Shown here piece after piece: positions 1-8,091 of a DNA stretch of 64,000 bases. The position numbers were made by a program, and so were the translations under genes. The stretch lies in IMG/VR virus record IMGVR_UViG_2595698834_000001, positions 64,001-128,000 of that record, one strand, 5' to 3'. The DNA comes from a virus (Duplodnaviria; Caudoviricetes). Under the pieces are notes generated by a model. That model did no database searches, was not told where the DNA came from, and worked only from the letters and a program-made list of their open reading frames with translations. Positions within the stretch are counted from its first letter, which is position 1, and every line of letters starts with the position of its first letter.

Positions 1-61
1 TCCTGTCAGAGAGTAAAATTCGTATAACGCTTCACTTTGCTTTCTAGTTATCTTAATCATT

Positions 62-376
62 TTAGTTTTCCTCCTTGATAAATCCGTTTTCTTTTAACTC
101 GTTATACATAGCCGTTAAAATGCGAAGCTCTTTGGGGGTAAATGCATTAGCAGTATACTTGTTGTATATATTCTCGGCTGATGCTCTTAGTTTATATTCT
201 CCAGTTAGGACAGCACCAAGAACGTCATATTTGTGAAGTCTATTGATATAAATATACTGGCTCGCAATTTCTCCAGAGTGTAAAATCAAATGAATGACAT
301 CCTTATGAGGTTTTCCATTACAGATATAACATAATCTTTCCATATCTTCAAATTCTTTTGGGCTTAGATATAACAT
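62..376 (-). CDS. hypothetical phage protein
   Basis: 104-aa ORF with AAGGAGG SD upstream, in a tightly packed minus-strand operon. Confidence 0.7.
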   Translation of the reverse strand: MLYLSPKEFEDMERLCYICNGKPHKDVIHLILHSGEIASQYIYINRLHKYDVLGAVLTGEYKLRASAENIYNKYTANAFTPKELRILTAMYNELKENGFIKEEN

Positions 377-377
377 T

Positions 378-611
378 TTAGTTTGCCTCCTTGATAGTTA
401 CTACTTGATCGTTCCATGACTCGAAGGTCTCAGCCATGATGTGTCCGTCTTCCAAAAGTCTTCCTATGAAGTATATAGAACTCTTGGAATAGTCAACCTT
501 TTCCGCTGGGATATTTGGGGTCAGGTATTTTCCAGTGCTATTTGAAAACATTGTGTAGCCGTAAACGTCAGTGCCAATAATTTTGAGTCTCGCCTCGATT
601 GGTTTACTCGT
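378..611 (-). CDS. hypothetical protein with apparent ACG (non-canonical or mutated) start; not in ORF track
   Basis: Open frame (M)SKPIEARLKIIGTDVYGYTMF...KEAN* fills the gap exactly; ACGAGTAA overlaps the upstream stop; GAGGGG SD 8 nt upstream. Confidence 0.55.
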   Translation of the reverse strand, partial: TSKPIEARLKIIGTDVYGYTMFSNSTGKYLTPNIPAEKVDYSKSSIYFIGRLLEDGHIMAETFESWNDQVVTIKEAN

Positions 612-951
612 TTATAAAACCCCTCTCTTTTAGCCTTGCAATGGCGTATGCTACTCCATCCTTTTCAGCAATATCAAGTCTACTGTCAGCGTGAAGCTCC
701 TCTAATACTTCTTTAATGGTCTTTTGAGTTTCCCACACCCCGCCAGTAGCAATATATAGCAAGTTATTGAATGGAACCTTGTTGAGTGGCTCAAGTGCAT
801 TTACCCAATCCCCATGTTCACAAATTATATAGTCAACCAACCTTTCCCTTTGTTCCACTGGGTCATTGTTTAACTCGCTGTATCCTTTTATCAAGCACTC
901 AAGTGCCTCAGCTTGCTCTCTTGATAGTACAACTTTTCTAGCTTCACTCAT
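604..951 (-). CDS. hypothetical phage protein
   Basis: 115-aa ORF, AGGAGG SD. Confidence 0.75.
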   Translation of the reverse strand: MSEARKVVLSREQAEALECLIKGYSELNNDPVEQRERLVDYIICEHGDWVNALEPLNKVPFNNLLYIATGGVWETQKTIKEVLEELHADSRLDIAEKDGVAYAIARLKERGFINE

Positions 952-970
952 TTTCTTTTCCTCCTCCTAT

Positions 971-1306
971 TTAGATATTTATTTGATTTTGAATATGTAT
1001 AACTTTTTTTCCGGTTTCGTCTGACTGATCTAGCAATCCATGGTCAACACGTATTCGGCACATTTCTCTAAACTCTTCTGAGAAATATGTTGTAGTTATC
1101 CGTTTTCTTTTAGAATATCTGTGCCTAACGGATAACTTATTTCTTCGTGCGAAATACCTAAATAATTTTTCCCAATTTCTGTTCGAAGACATCCCGGGTA
1201 TCCAAACTCTACTATTAGGGTTACGGTATACTACCTGCTTCAGCTGATCGCTGCTTCTTACGTAACCTTTAGCTTTTAAGATAGCTCTTCTACGTGGTTT
1301 TCTCAT
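971..1306 (-). CDS. basic hypothetical protein (start revised to MRKPRRRAILKAKGY)
   Basis: AGGAGG SD precedes the ATG at 1304-1306; the longer track start lacks an SD. Confidence 0.7.
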   Translation of the reverse strand: MRKPRRRAILKAKGYVRSSDQLKQVVYRNPNSRVWIPGMSSNRNWEKLFRYFARRNKLSVRHRYSKRKRITTTYFSEEFREMCRIRVDHGLLDQSDETGKKVIHIQNQINI

Positions 1307-1547
1307 TTTCTTTTCCTCCTCTATTTTCCGGATTAAGTACATCTCCATAGTTTGCGCTCCAAAAGTGAAATCCACTATGGTCCGGTACGAAAATTCCTCT
1401 TTTTATAAACCAACGTCTAACTTTCTGTTTGGATGATGGAGGGATGGCTCTATGATCTCCTTTTATGAAAACCGTATTACCACCAAAACCTCTTGACTTA
1501 ACATACCCTTTCGCTTTAAGAATGGCTCTCATACGTTTAGATTTCAC
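1290..1547 (-). CDS. basic hypothetical protein (start revised to GTG, MKSKRMRAILKAKGY)
   Basis: GAGGTG SD before GTG at 1545-1547; N-terminus resembles that of the neighbouring gene. Confidence 0.6.
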   Translation of the reverse strand: MKSKRMRAILKAKGYVKSRGFGGNTVFIKGDHRAIPPSSKQKVRRWFIKRGIFVPDHSGFHFWSANYGDVLNPENRGGKENEKTT

Positions 1548-1809
1548 TGAGTATCTGCACCTCTGTTCCATCCTCAAACCAGTATAACCACACAGTATCC
1601 CCATTATCTTTAGTTGGATCAGCATCAACAGCTTGGGAAGCATCAATCAAGATAGCCACATCGCTAGGGAACATCATCTTGTCAGACGCTCCTAGTTCTT
1701 CATTGTTTACAAGATTCGATTCAGGTAGTCCCGAACAGTCAACCTTTCCAGTCTCCTTATTAATCTTATAAACATCGTCAGCAGGTATATAAAGCTTTGT
1801 CATTCCCAT
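1537..1809 (-). CDS. hypothetical phage protein
   Basis: Acidic 90-aa ORF, GGAGG SD; start may be ATG 1803 (ATGA overlap). Confidence 0.7.
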   Translation of the reverse strand: MGMTKLYIPADDVYKINKETGKVDCSGLPESNLVNNEELGASDKMMFPSDVAILIDASQAVDADPTKDNGDTVWLYWFEDGTEVQILSEI

Positions 1810-1958
1810 CGTCTATTATCCTCCCTAACCTTCTTTTTTCTCACTTCACGAATAATGGTTTTAGTTACTAAAACAACTCCAAGAACATATATTGACCCAA
1901 CGAAAAGAGAGAATCCGGATACTATAATAATCATACAAATTATCCCTACCCATTCCAT
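1800..1958 (-). CDS. small single-pass membrane protein (52 aa; not in ORF track)
   Basis: MEWVGIICMIIIVSGFSLFVGSIYVLGVVLVTKTIIREVRKKKVREDNRRWE*; hydrophobic helix plus basic tail; AGAGGT SD. Confidence 0.65.
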   Translation of the reverse strand: MEWVGIICMIIIVSGFSLFVGSIYVLGVVLVTKTIIREVRKKKVREDNRRWE

Positions 1959-1962
1959 CTCT

Positions 1963-2188
1963 CTACCTCTCCGTTCCTTCTATGGCGTCTATAACATCTC
2001 CTGCGTACAGACCATCGTCCCAATTCATATAACCGACAAGACTATCTACCCTGTATAGTGCTTCCTCCGCTTCTGTGATCGCTTCTAGTTGTGCAATAGC
2101 TAAGTCCAACGCCTATCTAAGCATAGTGTGTGTGTGTCTCCGGGGGATAGCTAGACTGGATTATTCGTACTGCTTCTTCATGAGTCAC
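1963..2188 (-). pseudogene. disrupted small phage gene (frameshift in (AC)6 tract plus in-frame TAG)
   Basis: GTG-started MTHEEAVRIIQSSYPPETH joins TMLR*ALDLAIAQLEAITEAEEALYRVD... only if 4 nt are removed from the (AC)6 run at 2126-2137. Confidence 0.6.
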
Positions 2189-2759
2189 TGTTTTCTTCCT
2201 CGGTATATTCTGCTGCATAGGTGTCCCACTGAACTCTGTCAGCGTATTTCTGAAGGTCTACAATGTCTATGCTTGAGAATGTATCAAGTGTCGATACTAA
2301 CACATCAAATCTTTGAACTTCGTCTCTAATGTTTTTGATCGTGACAGAAGTAACAGCGTAGTCATTCCCTAAACTTTCAAGGATGTGTAAAAGTGTTACG
2401 TCAAATGGAACCATTATAAAATCTTTCTGTCTGTTACGAGAGAAAATCAGTAGCGGAACTTTACTAATACGGCGTGCGTCTCTAACGACTTGAGCCCACC
2501 ATTCTTTAGGCTGCCCAATGTCTAGTAGGATGTGATCAAATGTCCACGACTCTCTTTTCTTGCACTCAATAACAAAGGGGAAATTCATACCAGCAGGCGG
2601 TACAATATCTCCCGCTACTCGCTGGTCGCTTCCCCACTGGAGACCGCCGGAGGCAGGAACTCGTGAGAAGTTCCCTCCCCACCAGTTGCCCATAAATTTT
2701 GCAATTTTAAGTTCATACCCTGCGCCTTTTGTTTTGCTTAGTTTCGACACAGCAATCAC
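2178..2759 (-). CDS. Holliday junction resolvase (PD-(D/E)XK fold)
   Basis: SKTKGAGYELKIAK...RVPASGG...GDIV...FVIECKKRE motif; syntenic position downstream of dUTPase/primase. Confidence 0.85.
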   Translation of the reverse strand: MIAVSKLSKTKGAGYELKIAKFMGNWWGGNFSRVPASGGLQWGSDQRVAGDIVPPAGMNFPFVIECKKRESWTFDHILLDIGQPKEWWAQVVRDARRISKVPLLIFSRNRQKDFIMVPFDVTLLHILESLGNDYAVTSVTIKNIRDEVQRFDVLVSTLDTFSSIDIVDLQKYADRVQWDTYAAEYTEEENSDS

Positions 2760-3121
2760 TCCTTCTCGTCTTTTTGTTCATCAGCGAGAGTTTCGTCTCC
2801 GTCTCCGATTTCATCAGCTTCTGCTAACTCTTTCATGTACTCTTCTTGAGCCTCTTTGAAAATATCACCTGTTGGGTCAAGTCTTTCGATAACTTTATGC
2901 TGCACGTTGACATGATCGATTAAATTCTGCACTAATTGGCGGTCGGCGTTAGTAACAGCTCGTGCAATAGTAACGACATCGGCAACGTTGATTACTTTAC
3001 GTAGTGTATTTTTTAATAGCTTCTGTTGGCTTTCGTCTGCTAACTTTCCAGTCATTAGGTACATTACCAAGCGGCGTAGTTCTTTTTCGTTTAGTGAGTC
3101 TGCTGTTTGTTGTTTTGTCAT
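2756..3121 (-). CDS. conserved hypothetical protein
   Basis: 121-aa ORF, packed in replication operon. Confidence 0.75.
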   Translation of the reverse strand: MTKQQTADSLNEKELRRLVMYLMTGKLADESQQKLLKNTLRKVINVADVVTIARAVTNADRQLVQNLIDHVNVQHKVIERLDPTGDIFKEAQEEYMKELAEADEIGDGDETLADEQKDEKE

Positions 3122-3122
3122 G

Positions 3123-3443
3123 TTAATTTTCGTCTCCTTCGTCCAAGACGTCTAAGATGTCATCTTGGCTCTCTTTTAGTTTTAATCTAATATTTTCTTG
3201 ATATTCTTCAGGAAGTGACTCTACAAGTACTCTGTAGCGTTCCTCCTGTACTTCTGTTAAGGTTTCAATAGTTCGAGATAACCCGCTTAACACTTTCATT
3301 AAAGCATTAGCAGTCTCCCCTAGTGTTACTTTGTCTGAGAGGGGAATGTTGTCTAGTTCCTTTTCAAACTGCTCGTCTGACATGTCTCCATATTCGTGCT
3401 CTATGATCAATGATAATACATCATTAAGAGTTTGTTCTCTCAC
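3123..3443 (-). CDS. conserved hypothetical protein
   Basis: 106-aa acidic helical ORF, GTG start with AGAGGAGG SD. Confidence 0.75.
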   Translation of the reverse strand: MREQTLNDVLSLIIEHEYGDMSDEQFEKELDNIPLSDKVTLGETANALMKVLSGLSRTIETLTEVQEERYRVLVESLPEEYQENIRLKLKESQDDILDVLDEGDEN

Positions 3444-3455
3444 TGTGTTCCTCCT

Positions 3456-4073
3456 CTACTTGACTCCGGAGCTACCTAAACCTTTTTCTCCTCTTTCACT
3501 TGGGGGGAGTTGGTTGGTTTCTTCGAAGACAGCTTTGATTTTAGGTAAGAAAGAAGCTTGGGCAATTCGCTCACCTTTACGAATGTATACAGTTCCACGA
3601 GGAACAACATCTCGATAAATTTTTCGGAACCCGTCTTCATCTGGGTAACCAATAAGTTCAATATCTTTCTTAAGTTGATCAGCGGCTGATTTCTTTGCAG
3701 CACTCGCTACCTCTTCCAACGGAACCTTGTTACCTTGGATATCAATTGCAAAGTCCACCATTGTGGAGTCTACGAAAACATTTTTGACAAGAACTTGAAT
3801 CCCATCTCGGTATGTACCTTCTACAATACCCGGTGCGTTCGCAACGATCAACGGAGTTTTAGCGGCGATACCGCTTCGCAGTGTGACAAACATGCCTGCC
3901 TTGACTGGATCAAACGCTAATTTAAGATTCGTAGGAATACGAGTCGACTGAAAGGTTGCAGTCGGAACTAAACGACTTTCAGCAGCATAGATGTCATACG
4001 CAAAGTCATTTTCATAACCTTGAGTAGGGTGTGTAGCATCATTCTTTAAAACGTGAACTTTAAGTTCTTCCAT
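3456..4073 (-). CDS. dut: trimeric-type dUTPase with internal insertion
   Basis: Motifs AYDIYA, LRSG, GIVEGTYRDG, KGERIAQ, RGEKGLGSSG. Confidence 0.85.
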   Translation of the reverse strand: MEELKVHVLKNDATHPTQGYENDFAYDIYAAESRLVPTATFQSTRIPTNLKLAFDPVKAGMFVTLRSGIAAKTPLIVANAPGIVEGTYRDGIQVLVKNVFVDSTMVDFAIDIQGNKVPLEEVASAAKKSAADQLKKDIELIGYPDEDGFRKIYRDVVPRGTVYIRKGERIAQASFLPKIKAVFEETNQLPPSERGEKGLGSSGVK

Positions 4074-4107
4074 AAGTAAATTTTCCTCCTTAGTAAGCTG
4101 TAACTAC

Positions 4108-4136
4108 ATAGTATCATATAGTCTGTAACTTGTCAA
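4108..4136 (-). promoter_or_regulatory. sigma-A-type promoter for dut operon
   Basis: TTGACA-17 nt-TACTAT with TG extension. Confidence 0.75.
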
Positions 4137-4144
4137 CTATCAAT

Positions 4145-5215
4145 TTACATATTCGCTAACTGAAGTCTCATTTGCCCTTCACTATCGGCTAGAAAGGCAT
4201 TTGCTATAAGCTCTGAGCATCTTTCGATTCCGAGGTCGTTGGCATCCTCGTCTAGTCCACTAAAAACAAAGTAGACTTTTAGATCAGATGCCTTACTCCG
4301 AATCTGCTTAGCTGTCTCTATCATGTTGTACCAAGCGTCACTGTCGAGGAAAAGATAGATCGGTAAGCTTCTCTCTCGTGCAGCGTTAATGAGTAGGTCT
4401 AGCTGTATCTCGGTTATTTGCTTACCAAAGGTTGCTACTCCCGATCCGGGAGTCATGAAGCTATTGAACACACCCTCATGGACAACGATCTTATCCGTAT
4501 TCTTGGCGTTGTTCAGGTTAAATATCGTAGTTGCTTTTGAATGGCACCCGTCCCATGCTGGGGCGTTAATTGACTTAACGTATGCTTTCTTATCAATAGC
4601 TCGAGTATTCCAATATAGCGGGTTACGCTTATCGTCAAAAGTAAAGAACACCACATGGTTCATAATCCGCATTGGCTCTTTACCTTCTTGCTGTACCATC
4701 CCGTCCACGACATAAGAAATGTTATGTTCATGGATCTGCTCTAGTGTAACCCCTCGACCATGTAAGTAAGTCAAGAACGGGTATGCTTCAGGGTTGTTCA
4801 TATTAGCTGCTAATGTTTTCATTCCACTCGGTATCGCAGGGCACTTGAGTTGCTGATTTTCCTCATCCTCTTCAAGTGGTCGACCTTCTCTTGTTATGTA
4901 CATCAGCAGCTTCTCTTCTTCTGTAAGGTCGTTACCGTATGTTTCCATACTCTTTCTGTAGTCTGATCTCTCATAAGCGTCGTAGTCGTACACAGCTAAA
5001 ATATCAGCAGCTTCATGGAAATCGCAGGAGTAGTACTCTTTCACGAAAGAAATAGCATTCCCTTTAAACCCACACTTCCAGCATTGCATAATTCCTAGTT
5101 CTTTATGTATGTATAGTTTGTAACTTGTTTCTGAACAGAAGGGGCAGTTAAATCGTAAGTTGTTACCATCATCCTTATAACTGCCAAGTTCTTCTTTTGC
5201 TAGGTCAATAAACAT
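4145..5215 (-). CDS. DNA primase
   Basis: N-terminal CPFC...CWKC zinc finger; TOPRIM-like EGVFNS and LDSD motifs. Confidence 0.9.
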   Translation of the reverse strand: MFIDLAKEELGSYKDDGNNLRFNCPFCSETSYKLYIHKELGIMQCWKCGFKGNAISFVKEYYSCDFHEAADILAVYDYDAYERSDYRKSMETYGNDLTEEEKLLMYITREGRPLEEDEENQQLKCPAIPSGMKTLAANMNNPEAYPFLTYLHGRGVTLEQIHEHNISYVVDGMVQQEGKEPMRIMNHVVFFTFDDKRNPLYWNTRAIDKKAYVKSINAPAWDGCHSKATTIFNLNNAKNTDKIVVHEGVFNSFMTPGSGVATFGKQITEIQLDLLINAARERSLPIYLFLDSDAWYNMIETAKQIRSKASDLKVYFVFSGLDEDANDLGIERCSELIANAFLADSEGQMRLQLANM

Positions 5216-5218
5216 GGG

Positions 5219-5845
5219 TTACTTCACCTCGATAAAACGTCTCATCAATCTCAGCATATTGTAAATCTCACCATATAGGATAAACTGGTCTTCCTCTTCT
5301 CTTGTAGCTACAGTATATATTGTAGCATACCAGTCCTCATTTCCACTGTTCGGGATGTGACGATCCTCTAGTACTTCTTCAGCAGTTAGACTGTCTAGGT
5401 AACGCTTTGCGATCTTCTCGTTTAGAGCATCCAGTGCCTCAGCTAGCTTTATGTGTCCTGCTTTAATGTCGTCCTGTGTTAAGGGATTTACGCCTAAGTC
5501 CAACAGGTTAGGGATGCCAAGACGCTCTGCTGCATAAACCACATCCCAGTTGCGGTCACTTACCTTGTCTTGGTAGAAGAACCCTTCCACCTGCAAATCC
5601 TCAGAATCGAAATACTGTATGTCATTATTACCCTCAGAGTGCTTATACACATCCGTGTTTTTGTATCCTCTATCCTTACATAAATAGAATTTTTTTCGAG
5701 TAGGGGAGTACTTGTACATGTAGTTACTGTTAAATGGGCACACATGTAGAACCTCTTCTAAAGACAACTCTAAATCTTTAGTCCCTCCTTCTGTAGTTTC
5801 CACGGTCATAATAAAAGTATCTTTGTCTTTTCTTGTTAGTTTCAT
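5219..5845 (-). CDS. conserved hypothetical protein
   Basis: 208-aa ORF between SbcC-like gene and primase, ATGA overlap. Confidence 0.75.
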   Translation of the reverse strand: MKLTRKDKDTFIMTVETTEGGTKDLELSLEEVLHVCPFNSNYMYKYSPTRKKFYLCKDRGYKNTDVYKHSEGNNDIQYFDSEDLQVEGFFYQDKVSDRNWDVVYAAERLGIPNLLDLGVNPLTQDDIKAGHIKLAEALDALNEKIAKRYLDSLTAEEVLEDRHIPNSGNEDWYATIYTVATREEEDQFILYGEIYNMLRLMRRFIEVK

Positions 5846-7746
5846 GTTTTTTCTCCTTCAGTTAGTGTAGAAATTCCGTCTCGGTCTTTGACAACCGTGA
5901 TTACTTGATCAAATAGCGGTTTAAGGTGTTCGTTGTGTGTAATGACGAATATTGTCCCTAAGCTGTTTAATCTTTCTTTGAGAAGAGTTACGACATTCTC
6001 TGCTCCTACAGAGTCTAATGCGTCGAACACTTCGTCATAGACTGCAATGTTAAATGTGCTCTCTGATCTACTAAGAACTAAGTCTTGTAAAGCTAGTGCG
6101 ATAGACAGGTCAGCACGTTTCTTTTCTCCTCCGGAGTTAGACTTGTAGTTGTCTCCTCCTGAAGTGTTGATAACTTGTACATCAAATTTATCTGAGAATT
6201 CTCCGTTTTTATTTCTCGTTTGTGTAGTGAAGTTCAGCTCCATATCAGAACCGGACAGCATTGATAAGTACTTATTCCCTCTTTCGTTAAGGAAAGGTGT
6301 TTTAAGATCAAGTACATGAGACTTAATACCAGCATTTGAGTACGTCTTAACAACATTCTCTAGCACCATCTTCTCTTTTTCGAGATTAACTGCCACGTCT
6401 TTAGCAGCCTTGATCTTCTTCTTGACTTCAGCTCTTTCGCTTGTACGTTTCTGTGGTTGTGGCATGTCCCTTAAGCTAGCGAGGTTATCTTTAATACTAG
6501 ACAGCTGAGATTCGTAGGATTGCTTTCTATGAGTATACGAATTTAATGCTTGCTCTCTAGTATGTATTTCCTGTACAACTTGGTTATACTGACCCATTAG
6601 CTGATCGTGGCTGCCTTTTACTTGCATGTACACTTCATGAGCATTAGCATTCTCTTGTTCTTTTTTAGTAATGTCTATCTTAAGGTAATGTAACTCTGTC
6701 AGGATCGGCTTAAGTTGCTCTCGGATCTCGAGTTGCTCTTTCTCTTTATGTGAGGTGTCAAGAGAGTTCCCACATACAGGGCAATTCGTGTTCGTTGACA
6801 GCTTCTTGTACTTACTGGTTAAGTCTGCTTTTTGATACTCTAGCTGTGACTTCCGATGGTTGAGCTGGTTGATCTCGTTCTGGACGGCGTTAACGGTGTT
6901 TGTTTGGTTGTTTAGATCATTACTAGTGTTAACTACCATTGAATCTCGTTTCTTCGTTAAGGACTCGATCTCGTCCTGCCAGTTGTTGAAGTTCTCAATG
7001 TTGCTTGTAACAAACGTCTCGAACTCTTTGAGCGTTCTATCATAGTTCGATTCTCCGTTAGCGATTGCTTGCTTTATAGACTCATAGTTTTTGGTGTCCT
7101 GCTCTTCAAGGACATCTACTTGACCTAGCTCCCACTCAAGTCTTTCTACTTCCCTATGCTGCGCTGCAATCTCTGCATCTTTCCCGCTTACCTTTGACTT
7201 CGCAACCTGTTGCGCTTGTGAGTAAATATTCAAGTTTAGAAGATTCTCTAAAATTTCTTTTTTCTCCCTGTCAGTAGCAATAGCAAACTTTCCAGCGCCC
7301 TCTCCTTGCGAGAACATGATACTGTTAATAAAGGTGCGGTGATCAATACCTACTAACTTTTCAATTGTAGCATTCGTATCTGTAGTGGATTTCCCTGTGA
7401 TCTCGTCTCCGTTACAGAAGAGAAGTACCTTGTTCTTGTGCTTACTATGTTTTCTGTATCGTTCAATCCTGTAAAGGTCTGCCCCTTTATAACCTTCTAA
7501 AGCGACCATAGTATTCTTCCCTACGTGTCTGTTGATTACCTCGTCAGCTCGTATGTTCTTTGATGTTGTATCATAGAGTGCGTATATAATAGGTTCTAAT
7601 AGAGAGCTCTTGCCAGCTCCATTACTTTGAAACTTTTCGTTTGTAGAGTTCTTTCCTTCGATCAAGATAATTCCTCGATTGTCGAGGTCTAGCTCAAACT
7701 CTTTAAACGATAGAAAGTTCTTTGCTTCTAGCTTTGTAAGTCTCAT
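5842..7746 (-). CDS. SbcC/Rad50-like recombination exonuclease ATPase subunit
   Basis: Walker A NGAGKS, coiled coils with CPVC zinc hook, SGGEK signature, Walker B VYDE, H-loop ITH. Confidence 0.92.
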   Translation of the reverse strand: MRLTKLEAKNFLSFKEFELDLDNRGIILIEGKNSTNEKFQSNGAGKSSLLEPIIYALYDTTSKNIRADEVINRHVGKNTMVALEGYKGADLYRIERYRKHSKHKNKVLLFCNGDEITGKSTTDTNATIEKLVGIDHRTFINSIMFSQGEGAGKFAIATDREKKEILENLLNLNIYSQAQQVAKSKVSGKDAEIAAQHREVERLEWELGQVDVLEEQDTKNYESIKQAIANGESNYDRTLKEFETFVTSNIENFNNWQDEIESLTKKRDSMVVNTSNDLNNQTNTVNAVQNEINQLNHRKSQLEYQKADLTSKYKKLSTNTNCPVCGNSLDTSHKEKEQLEIREQLKPILTELHYLKIDITKKEQENANAHEVYMQVKGSHDQLMGQYNQVVQEIHTREQALNSYTHRKQSYESQLSSIKDNLASLRDMPQPQKRTSERAEVKKKIKAAKDVAVNLEKEKMVLENVVKTYSNAGIKSHVLDLKTPFLNERGNKYLSMLSGSDMELNFTTQTRNKNGEFSDKFDVQVINTSGGDNYKSNSGGEKKRADLSIALALQDLVLSRSESTFNIAVYDEVFDALDSVGAENVVTLLKERLNSLGTIFVITHNEHLKPLFDQVITVVKDRDGISTLTEGEKT

Positions 7747-7777
7747 TTTTCTCCTCCTTACTCTAGTCTATAACATG

Positions 7778-7807
7778 ATTATAACAGCATCTATAACGTA
7801 TTGTCAA
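7778..7807 (-). promoter_or_regulatory. sigma-A-type promoter
   Basis: TTGACA-18 nt-TATAAT with TG extension. Confidence 0.75.
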
Positions 7808-7810
7808 TAT

Positions 7811-7833
7811 AAAAAAGAGCCTTAGTTAGGCTC
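7811..7833 (-). terminator. intrinsic terminator
   Basis: GAGCCTAACTAAGGCTC hairpin followed by T-run. Confidence 0.7.
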
Positions 7834-8091
7834 CTATTTTACTTCCTCGTATGTTTTCTTGAATACTCTATCTTTACAAGCCCATATCTCGCCTTCGACT
7901 CCCTTGAGAATCCAATCTCCTAGATGGGCTAGCATGTCTCCCTCAAGAGTATGAATGATTAGATCATGGGTTTGCTCACCGAGGAGAATATCGTCCCCTG
8001 CAAATCCCTTAAGCTCCTCGATGCTTTCAGATGTTCCAGTCCATTGCACTGCCTCTACAATTGCTGTTTTTCGGTACCGTCGTTTTGTCAT
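7834..8091 (-). CDS. small conserved phage protein (YRK..VEAVQWTG...TLEG...GDWI..GVEGE family)
   Basis: Recognisable widespread phage motif; inserted between the two nuclease subunits. Confidence 0.75.
   Translation of the reverse strand: MTKRRYRKTAIVEAVQWTGTSESIEELKGFAGDDILLGEQTHDLIIHTLEGDMLAHLGDWILKGVEGEIWACKDRVFKKTYEEVK

Noticed and set aside
2110-2116. In-frame TAG as evidence for genome-wide stop-codon reassignment
   Set aside because: TAG terminates many well-supported genes here, no suppressor tRNA is visible, and coding density is normal under the standard code.
2075-2329. 84-aa Cys-rich plus-strand ORF over the (GT)6 tract
   Set aside because: Antisense to the resolvase gene and the pseudogene; its VCVC content simply reflects the microsatellite.
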